The notes under the pieces were generated by a model. It was not told the origin of the DNA. It searched no databases and worked only from the letters and a program-made list of their open reading frames with translations. The position numbers were made by a program, and so were the translations under genes. From Felis catus (lineage: Eukaryota), in assembly GCF_018350175.1 (NCBI RefSeq), contig NC_058368.1, forward strand, positions 201,068,001 through 201,132,000: a DNA stretch of 64,000 bases, written 5' to 3'. Below are positions 38,970 to 52,434 of this stretch, piece by piece (the first letter of the stretch is position 1; every line of letters begins with the position of its first letter).

Positions 38970-40353
38970 GTCTTTTCTTCTGATCCTCAATCGCTTTTAT
39001 CTCAAATGCCATGTGTTTTTGGTTTTTTTTTTTTTCAAATGTAGTACTATAGGTGTGGTAAGAATACCTAAGTTGGCATTTATCCTATGATTACTTTATC
39101 CTAACTCGATACATTTACTCTACTACCAACCAGACAGTAAATTATTACTGGTTTAAAGCCCTTTCTTTCACGATGTGTTTGATAGCTCCATATATAGACT
39201 AAGTCCTAAGTTGGCTGTTTTGCAATACACAACATGCCAAAGACTGCAAATATTCATTGTTAATTTTAAAAAATAAGTCTTCATTCGCCAAAGATTTTAC
39301 AAGTAAAGTTCTTAGTCATAAACTCTTCTCTTGCATTTAAACATAAATTGCTTTACTTTTAAAATCACTTTTCAGAAACTTGTAAATTGAACCATATTCC
39401 TAGTTAGAAATCCCAAGTAAGTAAGCTTAAATGTAGCGGAGCCATAAAGAAAATTGTAGAGAACAAAGTTGTGTAGTTGTTCTCATGTTATGAACTTTGC
39501 AGCTATTACCAGAGGTCCAAAGCTCTAGGCAATGTTTGAATAAATTGTAATTTTAATATATCTATATCAAATTCAAAGGACTATAAATGCTTTCATGATT
39601 GGCAAAGTCGAAATTTATTGAAGATATTATACATTCTTAACAGTTTTAGCTTTTATATATTTTCTCAATTAATATGCACTGAGAACTTCTTAGGATCAAG
39701 TGGGATTTTTTAAAAGTATTGTTTTAAGAGAAGTTTTTTTTATTTAAAAAGTGTGGGAACCACTTATTTAAAATTCATATTGTTGATACAGACAATGTAC
39801 TTGAAAACAGTATTTTACTGATGAGTGAGCAAAACTATTGCTGATCTCCAAGTTCAAAGACACTGCTGCAGGAACTCATGCTCTGCTTTGGGAATCCGAT
39901 TAGCTGTAGAGATCAATAGTGTCCAGAAGCGGTTTTCACACTATCCATAGCACATTTGGACCTAGAGGCTCTGGTTACAGAAATTGATGTACTTGGTGAA
40001 TGACTTTCCATCTCCAGTCTGAGAGATTCTTGAGATTTCTTTTTGTTTGTTGGTTGGTTGGTTGGTTGATTGGTTGGTTCGTTGGTTTTTAAGTCTCTCT
40101 CCTGGGGATTGCAACTTGTCTGTCTAGGGACAGCCCTGGCAGCTTGGGACACTTCCTGTCCATCCACAGCTCTACTATAACGTTTCAAATGGTGTCTTAG
40201 TGTGTCAATGAGCAGAGAGCAGTCCGTAAAAAACAAATGTGTTCGTGAAAGATGTTTTTAAAAATCTTTCAAAGCACTTCAAAGAACACTTTGGCTTCCC
40301 CAAACCATTTGAACTAACACCTTTCCAGAATATTATCCATTAAAATTTCATAT

Positions 40354-40460
40354 GGGGGTGCCTGCCTCGCTCAGTCAGTAGAGCTTGTGACTCTTGATCT
40401 TGGGGTCATGAGTTCAAGCCCTACATTGGGTGTTGAGATTACTTAAAAAATTTTTTTAAA
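40354..40460 (+). mobile_element. Short tRNA-like Can-SINE (old type)
   Basis: ggggtgcctgcctcgctcagtcagtagagcttgtgactcttgatcttggggtcatgagttcaagccc..gagattacttaaaa; TSD aaaatt(t)catatg. Confidence 0.88.
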
Positions 40461-41692
40461 TGTTTAAAAATTCATATGAAAAAGCCGGCAAAAATGTCCT
40501 TTTCTAAAATAAACTCAAATGTTTGCTGAAATGTTAGCAAGTCTTACAACAAGTAACATCTAAGTATGTATAGGTTTCACTGAGTGGAGAGTTGAATCGG
40601 CTGTATTGATAACCCAATACAAAGAAACACATATAATAGTCTAAAGTATTAATTTTAGATATATCGACTCATACTGTACCACTGATTTTGATGACAAAAG
40701 AATTTCAAAACCTCAAGTGTGACACTTTCAGATTACATGTAACCTTTCGAAAAACAGTGTGACAAACCTGTCATAATTGTATTTTATCATTGTCGGCAAG
40801 TATGTCTTTCTTTAAAGTTCACTTTTTCCTGTATAATTATTTACACAAAAGCTTCTTATACAATATTTCTTTAAAACTTGTAAGTGTACCTTCATTCTTT
40901 TGCCCTAAGAACACTTCCCCTGCATTTCTTTGCCAGAGGTCTATTTTTCATCAAGGAACCACCTGCTACCTCCAAAGCTTTATTATAGTGCTGTATCAGT
41001 GAAACTACAAACTTCACCTGACTAAATCAAGGACAGCTATAGGTTCTATTTCTGTCAAGTCCCAAGAGCTGAGGTAAGAAATGGTTACAAGTCAGGGTAA
41101 AAAAAAAAAATAGTAATAATAAAAGAGTAAAATTTAATCTGGAATTTTATTTCAGCTGAAAGTTATTTTTGATATTTGCCAGCCAGTCTGTCCGTTGAAA
41201 ACATTTACTTTTTTCTAACGTTCATGTACACTAACCTTCCTTTCTTTCTGAAGAGCATGACCTGACACTTCTGCTCAAAATCTATATTTCCTGGAACTTC
41301 CTTGTTGCTCCTGGAAACCCATGTCATTCATTCTGTCTCTCACAGGCTGGATGCATTTTAATTTTTAAAAGGTCTTCAAAAATTGATTTATGTTTTCATT
41401 ATGGAAATATTTCTTGTGGTTTGAGTAGAAAATAGAATAACTATGATATGAAGAAAGGGATAGAGGAGTCTAAGAAAGGGGAATAAAAATTAGTTTAATG
41501 TAACATCTTTCTTCTCTACAGTCATTTCTTTTATAATGTACCGTATTTGCATCCATTTCCTGGAAAGCAAGGGTATCGTCCCTTACTGCTTTTATATGTT
41601 TCTTAATAGCTGTGGCCACCTGAGGGGGCGGGGGGGTGAGCGGTAGAGCTCTAAGTGGAAAGAGGAGTAATAAATGGAAAATTGTTTCAAAA

Positions 41693-41902
41693 TTTTTTAA
41701 TGTTTTATTTATTTTTGAGACAGAGAGAGACAGAGCATGAGCAGGGGAGGGGAAGGGAGAGAGGGAGACACAGAATCTGAAGCAGGCTCAAGGCTCTAAG
41801 CTGTCAGCACAGAGACAGACATGGGGCTCGAACTCACAAACTGCAAGATCATGACCTGAGCTGAAGTTGGACGCTTAACCCACTGAGCTATCCAGGCCCC
41901 CC
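41693..41902 (-). mobile_element. Can-SINE (feliform type)
   Basis: Antisense SINE; TSD aaattgttt. Confidence 0.94.
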
Positions 41903-42519
41903 AAATTGTTTTTTAAATAATATTTCATCATGGTTACCTAGCTTTGGTTCCTGAAATCCAAATTCTTATTGTTTAAATCTATTAGTTTCTGAGACAGGAA
42001 TAAAAACTTCTTTTGGAATTCAAAGGTAACAGTCCTTGAATAAATGTATTTTTACCAATACTCAGAAGTGTTTAAGACTTTCTCTGTGTGATGTTAAACC
42101 CCATGGCCAGGTGGATCCTAAACGTATTTCTCGCCACTCGTCCATATGATTATTTGAAGATTTGACTGAACTGAAAGCAAGAACTGAAGGCTTTGACATC
42201 TTGTTGACAGAGACTATGACCAAAGGTCTCACCCAAACCCCAAGGACTTAATTAAAATCTTAATTAAATATGACAGTTTTCCTCCATTGCTTTTTAGGAG
42301 AAGATGAGGGGGAAGACTGAAAGCTGAATCATATTATGACTATATTTTAGATATGGAAGGTAGCTTCTCGATAATCCAAACTCTACATTTTGTAAACAAA
42401 GAAAAGGTAGACATTTCAGAGCCATTTAGATATTCTGATTGAACAGAACAGTGATTTTTCTACTCTACTGCAAAGCTTCTGTATTTTAGACATTTAACCA
42501 TTTATCTAGAATATTAAAG

Positions 42520-42760
42520 TAGCTTTTCAACTGGGCTACCTTTCCCCGATCTCTCCCTTCTATATTTCATTTTACACCTGGCTTCCAGAATAATAGTCCT
42601 AAACATTAGTTTTACCAGGTCACTCTCTTACCTTATGTCTTTCAAGATACCAATGTCAAAGAAACACTTCCTTGCTAGTAGGATGCTCTATTCCAAAACC
42701 TATTCACCTCCCACTTCCTCTGTGATGCCTTCCTTGTCCTCACCAGCGCGCACAGTGACA
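42520..42760 (+). mobile_element. L2 fragment
   Basis: ctctcccttctatatttcattttacacctggcttccagaataatagtcctaaaca..ccaggtcactctct resembles the L2 3' region. Confidence 0.45.
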
Positions 42761-43094
42761 TGTTCTCGGGATTTATTGTTCAACCCAACCCCAAACAAAT
42801 TGTAATTTAGTAATATGTGAAAAAAATGCTTTTATAAACTATGTATGTTATTGTGATTATCATTTTCCTTGGTATTCTCCTTAATACCTTGTATGGAAAT
42901 ATATACATAATATGCAGTCATTTAAATATATGACACATTAATTAATATATATGATCAGTGATACTATAGTAGATTGCCATGACAACATGATGATGCATGT
43001 GATGATGAAGGAAAGGAGGAGGGGGAAGCACATAAATATAAATTTACTGATAAATATAACACCAACATAACTGAAAAGTTGTTCTTGGACATGT

Positions 43095-43095
43095 T

Positions 43096-43131
<36 letters not shown>

Positions 43132-43162
43132 TTGTTTTGTTTTTGTTTGTTTGTTTGTTTTG
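43095..43162. repeat. (TTG)n then (TTTTG)/(TTTG)n simple repeat
   Basis: About 11 perfect TTG units; source of the polyQ and polyT ORFs in the track. Confidence 0.95.
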
Positions 43163-43653
43163 GTGCTTCTTCCCATTTTTCTCACTCAATGGCCTCATTC
43201 CATTCCAGCATCCCCACAAGTTAGCTCTGCAAACACCCAACTAGACTTGTAAGCACAGCTTCATGTCTTACTGCCTATAACCTCTATCAAAATCTACCCA
43301 ATCCTGTTCTAGTTCTTGGCCTTGAGAATTAACTGTTGGTGGTCTTCCCTGTTTATTTATCTAAGACCTAATGAAAAAGTTCTGGAAGAGCTTACCTAAC
43401 CCAACTGCCCTTCAGTTCTTTCACTTACCTTCTGAAGCTATTCTCATTGATTTCACTCAAAAGCATTAGCTAAGTAAAACAAAACTGAAAAAGAAATAGA
43501 AAAATTGTTGAAGAATTACCTTCTAATGAAACTTTTGACAAGATGGCTTCACAGAGAAATTATTTTCATATTTCAGTAACTGGACATATTTCATGCTTTA
43601 ATAAAAATAATTCTAGAACACACACACAAACATGATTAAAAGCCTTCAAATTA

Positions 43654-43875
43654 GGGGCGCCTAATTAGGTGGCTCAGTCAGTTAAGCATCCGACTTCAGC
43701 TCAGGTCATGATCTCACACTTCGTGAGTTTGAGCCCTACGTCAGGCTCTGTGCTGACAGCTCAGAGCCTGGAGCCGGCTTCGGATTCTGTGTCTCCCTCT
43801 CTCTCTGGCCCTCCCCTGCTTGCACTCTGTCTCCCTCTGTCTCAAAAATAAATAAAAACATTAAAAAAAAATTTT
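43654..43875 (+). mobile_element. Can-SINE (feliform type)
   Basis: Full SINE; 14-bp TSD aagccttcaaatta. Confidence 0.95.
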
Positions 43876-44483
43876 AAGCCTTCAAATTAATTTAATGGGA
43901 GTCATAAATCTAAAATATGATGTAGATAACAAATAAAGAATACTACAGACACTTCAGCTTATTGCCTAAAGTAAATATAATAGAAATTCCTAAAGTAAAT
44001 ACAGTAGTTGACCACATAAAATAATTCAGAATAACTGAATAGAATTTGTAACAAGAATGAAGAAAATTTATTTATCATATCATATCAATTTTCTAAAGGG
44101 GAAGAACTCAATAGAGATTAAAAGAAAAAACATTAAATTACCATAAATTTTGTAGAAAATTTAACAAAGGCAGAAGGAATTTGAAAAATTCACATAAATA
44201 TTAAATACATGAAAAAATACTAAACTAATAATGTTTTATTAATGTCTTGAAAAGACAAGGACTGAATTGATAATACTTAATTCTGGCAAAAGCAAGATGA
44301 AATGAATAGTTTCCTCCACTTTGGAGATGTGCTAAACACAGCAAATTTTCTAGGAAATAATTGGGAGATATAGATCAAAACAGTTGAAATAGTCACACTG
44401 TTTTATCCAGGAAGTCACTTCTTTTCTCAAGAACATTTCCAAAGATGGAGCGAGGAATTTATGTTTAAGAATATTTGCTTTTA

Positions 44484-44700
44484 GGGGCGCCTGGGTGGCG
44501 CAGTCGTTAAGCGTCCGACTTCAGCCAGGTCACGATCTCGCGGTCCGTGAGTTCGAGCCCCGCGTCGGGCTCTGGGCTGATGGCTCAGAGCCTGGAGCCT
44601 GTTTCCAATTCTGTGTCTCCCTCTCTCTCTGCCCCTCGCCCGTTCATGCTCTGTCTCTCTCTGTCCCAAAAATAAATAAACGTTGAAAAAAAAAAAAAAA
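44484..44700 (+). mobile_element. Very young Can-SINE (SINEC_Fc-like)
   Basis: CpGs essentially intact, pure A tail, perfect TSD aagaatatttgcttttag. Confidence 0.97.
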
Positions 44701-47257
44701 AGAATATTTGCTTTTAGGTAGAGCTGTTTATAATGGAAAGAAGCCAGCATTAATGTTCATGAATAGAGGAATGGATAAAATTCATCCACAAAGTGAAAAT
44801 ATTATGGAGCCACAAAAAAATTATGTTTAAACAAGTACTTATTTATATGAGACAATGTTCATAATGATACTATAGACGCAGCATGATCTCAGTCTTATTA
44901 AATAAATAACAAATAACATTTATGTATATATAAATATGTTCTTTAGAATAACTGGAAAGGATACACTAAACTATCAACAGAGCTTATTTCTAGGGTTTGA
45001 AATTGTCAACAATCTCAAATTCTTTACATTTTTCTATATTTCATTTCCTTATTGCAATTAATCACTATTACTATTTTTGTAAAGTTAGAGCTAAGAGATA
45101 AGTTATTCCACAAAATGTCATTATTTTAAGTGACCTCTGACCATCTTTATTTTAGTGACTTATACTGTCTGAAGCTTATTATGCCTGGTCTTATTTCGGG
45201 TACGTTTATGAAAACAGGTATTCGCCACGAAAGCATCACCTGTTACGAGCTATGAATATGTAAATTTCAAACTGTTATTTGCCAAATTTAAATATACTTA
45301 AAAATATAATCAGGATTTGATCGTTCTCAGTGGAGAACTTCACTGATATAATTTTATTTTTTAATGAACAATTAGCATATTTTCTCTCCTGCCTAAATTT
45401 CCTCACAGTCTAAATCAAGAATTTAGTAAGTATTTAGGCACGATTCCAATTATATAACTTTTACAGTTACAACTCTTTGGGTTCCGTTACAACAAACTTA
45501 TTACAATGATTTTCATTTGGTGAAATCTTACTTATCTATCCAAATATAGATACTTTGGAATTCATTTTCCCTGGACAGCTAATTCTGATTCTAATTTTTA
45601 CTCTTTTCTGAGGACAGTAATGGCTATGGAATTTCTTTATAAAGGAACTGCAGGATATATTGTGAAATCATTTTGCTTTTTTTGTTTGTTTTGCTGCTGT
45701 TTTTCTTAGATTGCATGTTTATTTGATTGGCTAATCAATAAGACAAAGACTCCACTACTTTGTGTCTCCTTGGCTTGAGAATGTTTGAAAGAGGGCAAAA
45801 TTCTGATTTAGTCTGTTTGCCCTGTTTTCTCAAGCTAGCGGAAACAAAAGTCACATGCTTGCTTCACTAGTCTGTAACCACTGACACTGGACAGCAGTTA
45901 CAAATGCTAATTCTTTTCACTTTAGTTCCATGGGGCAGAATGAGCTGGTAAAATGTTTATATACGCTAGTAAATATCCCTTATACTGTTCTTGCTTTAAG
46001 CACAAAGTTCTTTGTGGTCAAGTATTATGTTTTCTAGTGGTTCTGTATAGTACCTCATATAAAGTGAGCATTTATTAATGATAATGATATTTTAATACAC
46101 ATGACATTTGAAATGTCCACAAAGACAGATACCAGTTTGTATGGCGTTACCCTCGGCATTTCTTAAATAGCATAGGAAAATAAAACGACATGGATTCTTT
46201 TTAAAGAAGCCAAATTATTTGCCTTGTACTCTCCCCTTCTTTGAGTAGTAAAATCAAACCAAGGCAACATGTGGTGTGTGAACCACAAGGGTGTAATCCC
46301 ATGTCATAAGAATTTTTAAATGTTCACTATTTGAACTGGCTTTCAGTATTAAGGCTGAATTCATAAAAAAAAGTATACTCTTTATGTTGATATTTTGCAG
46401 ACTTATTCATAAAAAGTAAAACTGTATCCAAAATGAATTACTGTCGCCGGCTGTTTTTCTATTCAACCGTCTTTTTTTAATCATCTTTACATTGCTCATT
46501 GAAGGACTTTGCCTATAAAATTTTAGGAAGTTACATTTGAAATAGGTACATACACTAGAACTAGCCTCTTAAATAGGATTTAATGTAACTATTGATACCA
46601 TAATGTGTAGCAATAAAACTACAGTTCTTACTGCAATGCAACTATATTTGTATCATTTCGTATCCTATGTCTGCTTTGTGTAAAATTTACTTGCAAGAAC
46701 CATAGCAGTGAATCCTTCTGCAGATAATTTAAGAATTACATTGTAGTTAAGATATTATTCCAGATTTTCATCAATATTTTTAAATATCTGTGTTTACGGT
46801 ATATTTTTATGTTACTGAGAAATCCATTTTTAGGAGATATGTGTATACAAATAAGTAATCAAAATTATAGCATCGCGTTTTGAGCCAAGACTATAGAGGT
46901 GATAATTGAGTTCACTATTAATTAATTCACATATCAAGAGAATGAACAAGGAATAGTAGATGACAGTATAGAATGAGTTTAAACATGATAAGATACATTT
47001 TACCATATTAAGTTTTTTTTAACAAAACTTTTCCCTACATCTAGATTGTTTTATTTTTAAAGCATGCATCTAAATATATTTTTAAAGGACTCTTCTAAAA
47101 ATGTGCCATTAGATGCTTAATTTGTAACCCAATCCCACAAGCCAGATGTTTCTTATTTAACCTCCAATGTTAACCTTTATTCACATTCACTTACGTGAAC
47201 TTAATTGACAGCACACATAGGTATACTTTACCAAACGATTTTGATGTCAAATTCTGC

Positions 47258-47500
47258 CACCTGGATCTATATAACTAATGATAGATTTGATTTCTCACGA
47301 AATGCAAAGTAACTAAAATTCTTAAAGTCAAAACAATTCTTAAAACAATGAACAAAACTGAAGAACTCGCACTAGGCAACTTTAAGATGTGCTAAGAAAC
47401 AATAATCAAGATAGTGTGGTCTTATTGGCAAAAAGATAGATGCATATATCAAATGGCACATTATAGGAAACTTGGAAACTGACACATATGAAAAAATAGT
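47258..47500 (+). mobile_element. L1 ORF2 C-terminal fragment
   Basis: aataatcaagatagtgtggtcttattggcaaaaagatagatgcatatatcaaatgg resembles the IKTVWYW..DRHI.QW region. Confidence 0.7.
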
Positions 47501-47519
47501 CAGCTAATTTATTATTAAA

Positions 47520-47920
47520 ACGAAAGTTTTTCAGAGCAGTTTAAGTGTCCCAGCAAAACTGAGGGGAAGGTACTAAGATTATTCATCCCATCCCCCCCTC
47601 ACACACACACATGCAGAATATCCTTTTACTGTCCATATTTCACACTAGAGTGGTCCATTAGTTACAACTGGTGAACCTGTATGGACACGTCAAATTTATA
47701 TCAAAGTCTATAGTTTACATGACAGTTTTCACTTGGTGTTGAACATTGCATGAGTTTGGACAAATATATAATGGCATTTGGTAAAGGGGGGAATCTAAAT
47801 AAGATCTATAGTTAATTCACAGAATGTACCAATGATAATTTCTTAATTTTGATAAATGTTCCACGGTGTATAGGATGTTAACATTAGGGAAAACTGGACA
47901 AAGGGTATATAAGATATGTT
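47520..47920. mobile_element. Two adjacent L1 3'UTR fragments (minus 47520-47780; plus 47785-47920)
   Basis: tttcagagcagtttaag..cagcaaaactgaggggaaggtac..aaagtctatagtttacat (antisense L1MB/MC end); aatgtaccaatgataatttcttaattttgataaatg..gatgttaacattagggaaaactgg (sense L1MC/ME end). Confidence 0.7.
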
Positions 47921-49679
47921 AATAAATAACATCAGGATGTTGGGATTTTTTAATCTGTGTGAAAACACACAAAATGAGATTTTTCCTAAAAATTCCACTT
48001 GAAGACAGCAATAACACTTCATGATTCAAAGACAATACATGAAAATAGATTGCAAATACTAACAGAAGTTTACATATTCTGAGCAATTTTATGCTTTTCT
48101 GGTATACAATATGAAATTATTCAAACGAATAAGTTTTAATAGTTGTGTTTTTATAAATGTATGTTGATTTTAAATCAAAATAGAGCTCGCCAAACAACAA
48201 TTATTTTACTAATTACATGTATTGTCAGGAAGAGCTTTTCCTTTGCAAGATCACCCAAATTATGAATTTGTTTAAAAATAATTCCAATGCACACCTCAAA
48301 TGAGACTGTTTTTCTAAATTTTATTTTTCCACTTCTAGTAGGTGGCCATATAATTAGCTTCTGAAGCTATAGACAGTCTTCAGTTATGGAGGAATCTTCA
48401 ACAGGAAGAGGGGTTAAGAAGTTAAACCGCAGTAACAATGATGCATCAGTGAAAGGCATGTTCCTTTTCATGCGTATGCTTTAAACTAGAAAACCTGTCA
48501 TTTGAAAGAATGGATGTTCTTTGAGTCATGGGTGGCAACGTAAGTCACAAGCTTATCCTGACTTTTTAGCCTGAAGCTGAAGTCCTTGATTCTCACTCTG
48601 CCGATTCCCCTGCAGCATTCTGGCATGCTCCAGTTATACATGCCATGGGGATTATCAGCCAGCAATTACAAACTTTCTTCTGTGTAGGTTCCTGATTTTT
48701 AAGTCGGCTGACTTGTAATTTTAACTTTTTCCTATTGCTATCTTTAATCTCAGTTAAGTTGGAATTCACAGTAGTCGAAATTAAAAACAAAACAAGACAG
48801 GTTTTGAGCTAAATTTGAAAAATGCCTCAGCTGTTGTGAGATACCAGTATTAAGGAGATTGTGAGGAGGAATAAACAAACAGACATACACACAAAGTTTC
48901 TTCTGTTGTGTTTTGTCTTTCCATAACTAGTGTTGCAACTAATAGAGGAAATCCTAGGCAGGCATCGGAAGACTTGATCCAAGGGAGTGGAGTAAAAGGG
49001 AAGACGTTTGGATCGGGCTCAAATATGGTTGAAACTCTTGTCTGAGTACCTGGGGACCCATCTCATAACCAAATGAAAATGTTAGAGTGTGAGAACGTGA
49101 AGTTGAGCTCTTAGGTCAATGTTTGTTTACCTGCCAAAGTCAGTCTACAGCCTGGAATCTATGCTTTCTTCTCAGGAAGTCTTTTGAGAGCTGACTTGCA
49201 CTAGTTGGGGAGATTCTTTGGGGCTGAGATTCTGTGTCTCCTGCTCAGGCCCTCTGCTAAGCACAATGATTTGACCTCCTCTTCCAAGTCCTGTGAGTTA
49301 CCCAGTGCCTAGTTAGAGCCTAGGCCCAACCCTACAGCCCCGATCCATCTCAGAACAGCTTACCCAATTCTGCCTTGAAATTTAGACTCCTGGAACCCAT
49401 GAAGTCATACCCTCTGTGGCCTCTGCATGATTCTCAAGTATTCATTGGATCCCCCAACCCTGACTTTTGCCCATGGTTCTGAACCTGAGGCAAGTTTATT
49501 TATTTCTCTGTCTCCACAGCTAGGTGGTAACTCCTTGTTGTGTTCCTTCCATTGGCTGTGTGGCATAAATTTTGGTAACTGTCTAGGCAGTGTCCAACTC
49601 AAACAAACAGACAAACAAAAGATCAGAAAGTGATAACTTCCTGAAAAATATGGAGATAACTACAGTACATTAATGTAAT

Positions 49680-50135
49680 AGAGAATAATGAGTTTCTGTT
49701 TAGATGGTGTGGAGAAGATGTCTTTGAGGAAATGCTTTTGAAATTGACAGGAATTGCTTAACAAAGGGTCTGCTTGAAAGGAGCGGTCCAGGCAGAAGGG
49801 ACAGCTAATACAAAGGCCTCTAGCAAAAATAGGTGGCTTGTGGAAACAATACAAGAAGATCAGAGAATCTGGAGGGTATTAGAAAAGGATAGAGTGTTAA
49901 GAAATGTAGGTGGAGGCATGAACAGGTGCATATGATGTGGGACTCTGTAGACCAGAGTCTGGAGTTCTAAATGCGATAGAAAGTCACTGCAGGTTTAGCA
50001 TGGTCATGACATAATCTTATTTCTCTTTTGAAAGGCTTACTCTGGATTTTAGAGTATAGGACACAGGAGCCTAGAAGTCAAGTTTAGAAGATGCTTCACT
50101 GATCCAGGAGAAACAAGGTGTGGATTCTTCCTAGA
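49680..50135 (-). mobile_element. L2 fragment
   Basis: tccaggcagaagggacagctaatacaaaggcc...gaaagtcactgcaggtttagca..catgacataatc..ttttgaaaggcttactctgg. Confidence 0.75.
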
Positions 50136-52349
50136 GAAGCAGAAGTTTGCCCCTGGGATCCTCCTTTTCCTAACCTTCCCTAGGTGACCAAGCCCCCTCC
50201 TGATTGACACATTCCTTCTTTAGATATGTTTTGTCAGGTTAAAGTCAGGTCTTGCTAGGTTCTTTTTGAGATGCTTTTGAAAATATCTGCTTTGATCCAT
50301 CATATCTTGATTTATAGTTTAACTTTCAGAGAGCAAATTTATTTTCTAATTGTCAGAAGGCACCTCTGTTACAGCCTCCCCATGTACTGCCTCTACTATA
50401 AGCTCCAAATACGAATAAATTTGCTACAAATTTTTCATAGTAATTATTTTAAAGTATTTATGGACATAGAGAGCTAGAAATACTGAGAGAAAAACAAAAC
50501 AACCCACAAGAAGAAAAAGACCTTTCCAGGTTCTTTTCACATAGCTTCACCACACAATACAATCAATAACAGTTAAATTATAACATCCTAAGAGCTATTG
50601 GAGACCTTGGAGCTATTAGCATTGCTAATAATATCATCTTAAATTTACATAAAAACTTTCATAAAGACCTAGAATCTTAAACTTAGTCATCATTTCCTAC
50701 TTTACCCAGGCCTCTCCCATCTAGATGCCGAAGTCCCCTCTACAATGTTCTATTAAGTTCTAGTATACCTCATATGCTTCAGAAGGGTGGGAGAGAGACC
50801 ATTACATAAGAAACAGTCCCTTCCTTCATGAAGCCACTGTCTTCTGAGGCAGGCAGACCTATTAGAATACAGTTTGCATGGGCTACTGCTGACCCAAACA
50901 ATGCTTTTATGCTAATTAGAAAAACAAAAAAGCCTTATGAAAATACCTTATTTTCATCTTCCAGAAATTATTGTAATATGTGGTTGTTTTTGAAACAAAA
51001 CATTTTACTGCCATCTGCCTGAAGTTTGTCTAAATAATACACAAATACATTTGTCTAAATGAATGCCAGTGCCCCCTGTGTTACACCAATCCTGCACAAC
51101 CGTACAAAGCAGTCCTGGTTAAATTTTGGAACAAGAGGATCCTAGGAGAAGAAGGAAGGAAGGACAGATGGGTAAGAAGGAGAATCTATTTGATAGGTCA
51201 AGGAACACTTCACAGAAGATACAGAGCTGCCTAAAGTTTGACCATCTTAGGCAAAACATCTTCAAACAGTTCTTAAGAACAACATATATTTATAGCACTT
51301 CTTTGTGTAATACTCCGAGGTCAAACCAGGATCCCAGTATTCTGACACTCCATTGACTACCTTCCCACTTGACTGTGCTGTTTTCTAACTTTCTCATTCC
51401 TTTATAGTCTCAAAATTAATGCTTTTCAAATATAAACGCCAGTAATCCCAAGACAGACAATTCTAAACCCTAAGACTGTCACTTCATAGTATGAAAATCA
51501 GAAATACTCAGCATTCTTTTACTTCATCAACATCAGTACTCTTCCAACTTCTCCTTGGTCCCCAGAACTCGAGGCATCACTGAATCCCTGCTCCCCCACG
51601 TGCCAGAGCACCTGTGCCTGCAGTCTCCTTTCGCTGCTGTACTGGTGCCTCTCGTCTCCTTCGAGGGGAAGAAGAAGAAGAAAAAAAAATGCTTTCACGC
51701 ATTTTTAGGTAAAGAATTAAACACAAACGGTTCTCAGAAGTGAACCGTTGGCTTTCCAGAACAGTAGCAAAACAGCAGTAGAAATGAGTACAAAAAAAGA
51801 AAACATCAATAGTATCTACTGCTGTTTAATAATGAATTAAAATATACTAGCCAGCCCAATTTTCGATACACTGGAAGCAGACAGATTTCCTTCTGATCAT
51901 AGGACATCCAGATTTAAATACCCCCATGAAGGGGGATAATTCTAGGGTTACTTTTGAACAGAACCAAAAAGAAATATGAATCCCTGAAGATGAGCTAAAG
52001 GAGGTCCGTATGTTTGCTTATTCATATTCTGATTTGTTTCTCTTTGCTTGTCATTCTGAATAATCTCAATTTCAAAGGCAATTGAATATTTAAAATCACT
52101 ATTCCTCGATAAGCAACTTCTATTTATACCAGTTCAAAATTGAAATTTAGAAATAAGGGATAATGTTTGTATTTCAATGGGCTGGTGTCCTGTTGTTCTA
52201 AGTATCTTGGACAAATATTTTTTTTTTCTAGTCTAAGTTTCTATAGGTATAACCAATCAGTCATTTTACTCTCCTCTTCTTCTGGTTATAACACTTACTT
52301 AAAAAAAAGTTGCTTGCTATTTTGAACCATCCATGTCCCCAGCACTCAC

Positions 52350-52428
<79 letters not shown>
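52350..52428. repeat. Compound microsatellite (CGCT)3(CT)n(CA)n
   Basis: Direct reading. Confidence 0.97.
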
Positions 52429-52431
<3 letters not shown>

Positions 52432-52434
52432 TAG

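Larger units (their letters stand above)
43480..45050 (+). mobile_element. Very old L1 (L1ME-like) remnants hosting two SINEs
   Basis: agatggcttcacagagaaatt (ORF2 DGFT.E region); 3' motifs ttttctaggaaataattggga, tcacactgttttatccaggaagtcactt, tgtttataatgg, atagaggaatggataaa, ctggaaggatacactaaact. Confidence 0.6.

Noticed and set aside
39913..40236. 107-aa minus ORF in GC-richer sequence
   Set aside because: Runs through a (TTGG)n microsatellite, has a non-ATG start and no recognisable homology
40354..40430. tRNA-like sequence with A/B boxes
   Set aside because: It is the head of a short Can-SINE with an A tail and TSD; no intact cloverleaf
41612..41640. CTCF-like motif tggccacctgagggggcg and adjacent G runs
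   Set aside because: Extra bases break the CCASYAGRKGGC spacing, and there are too few G tracts for a canonical G-quadruplex
42938..43240. PolyQ and polyT ORFs (also 36267-36500)
   Set aside because: Produced by (TTG)n/(CAA)n microsatellites
48593..48720. Possible minus-strand exon with a gtgaga donor
   Set aside because: No convincing pyrimidine tract at the acceptor; peptide unrecognised
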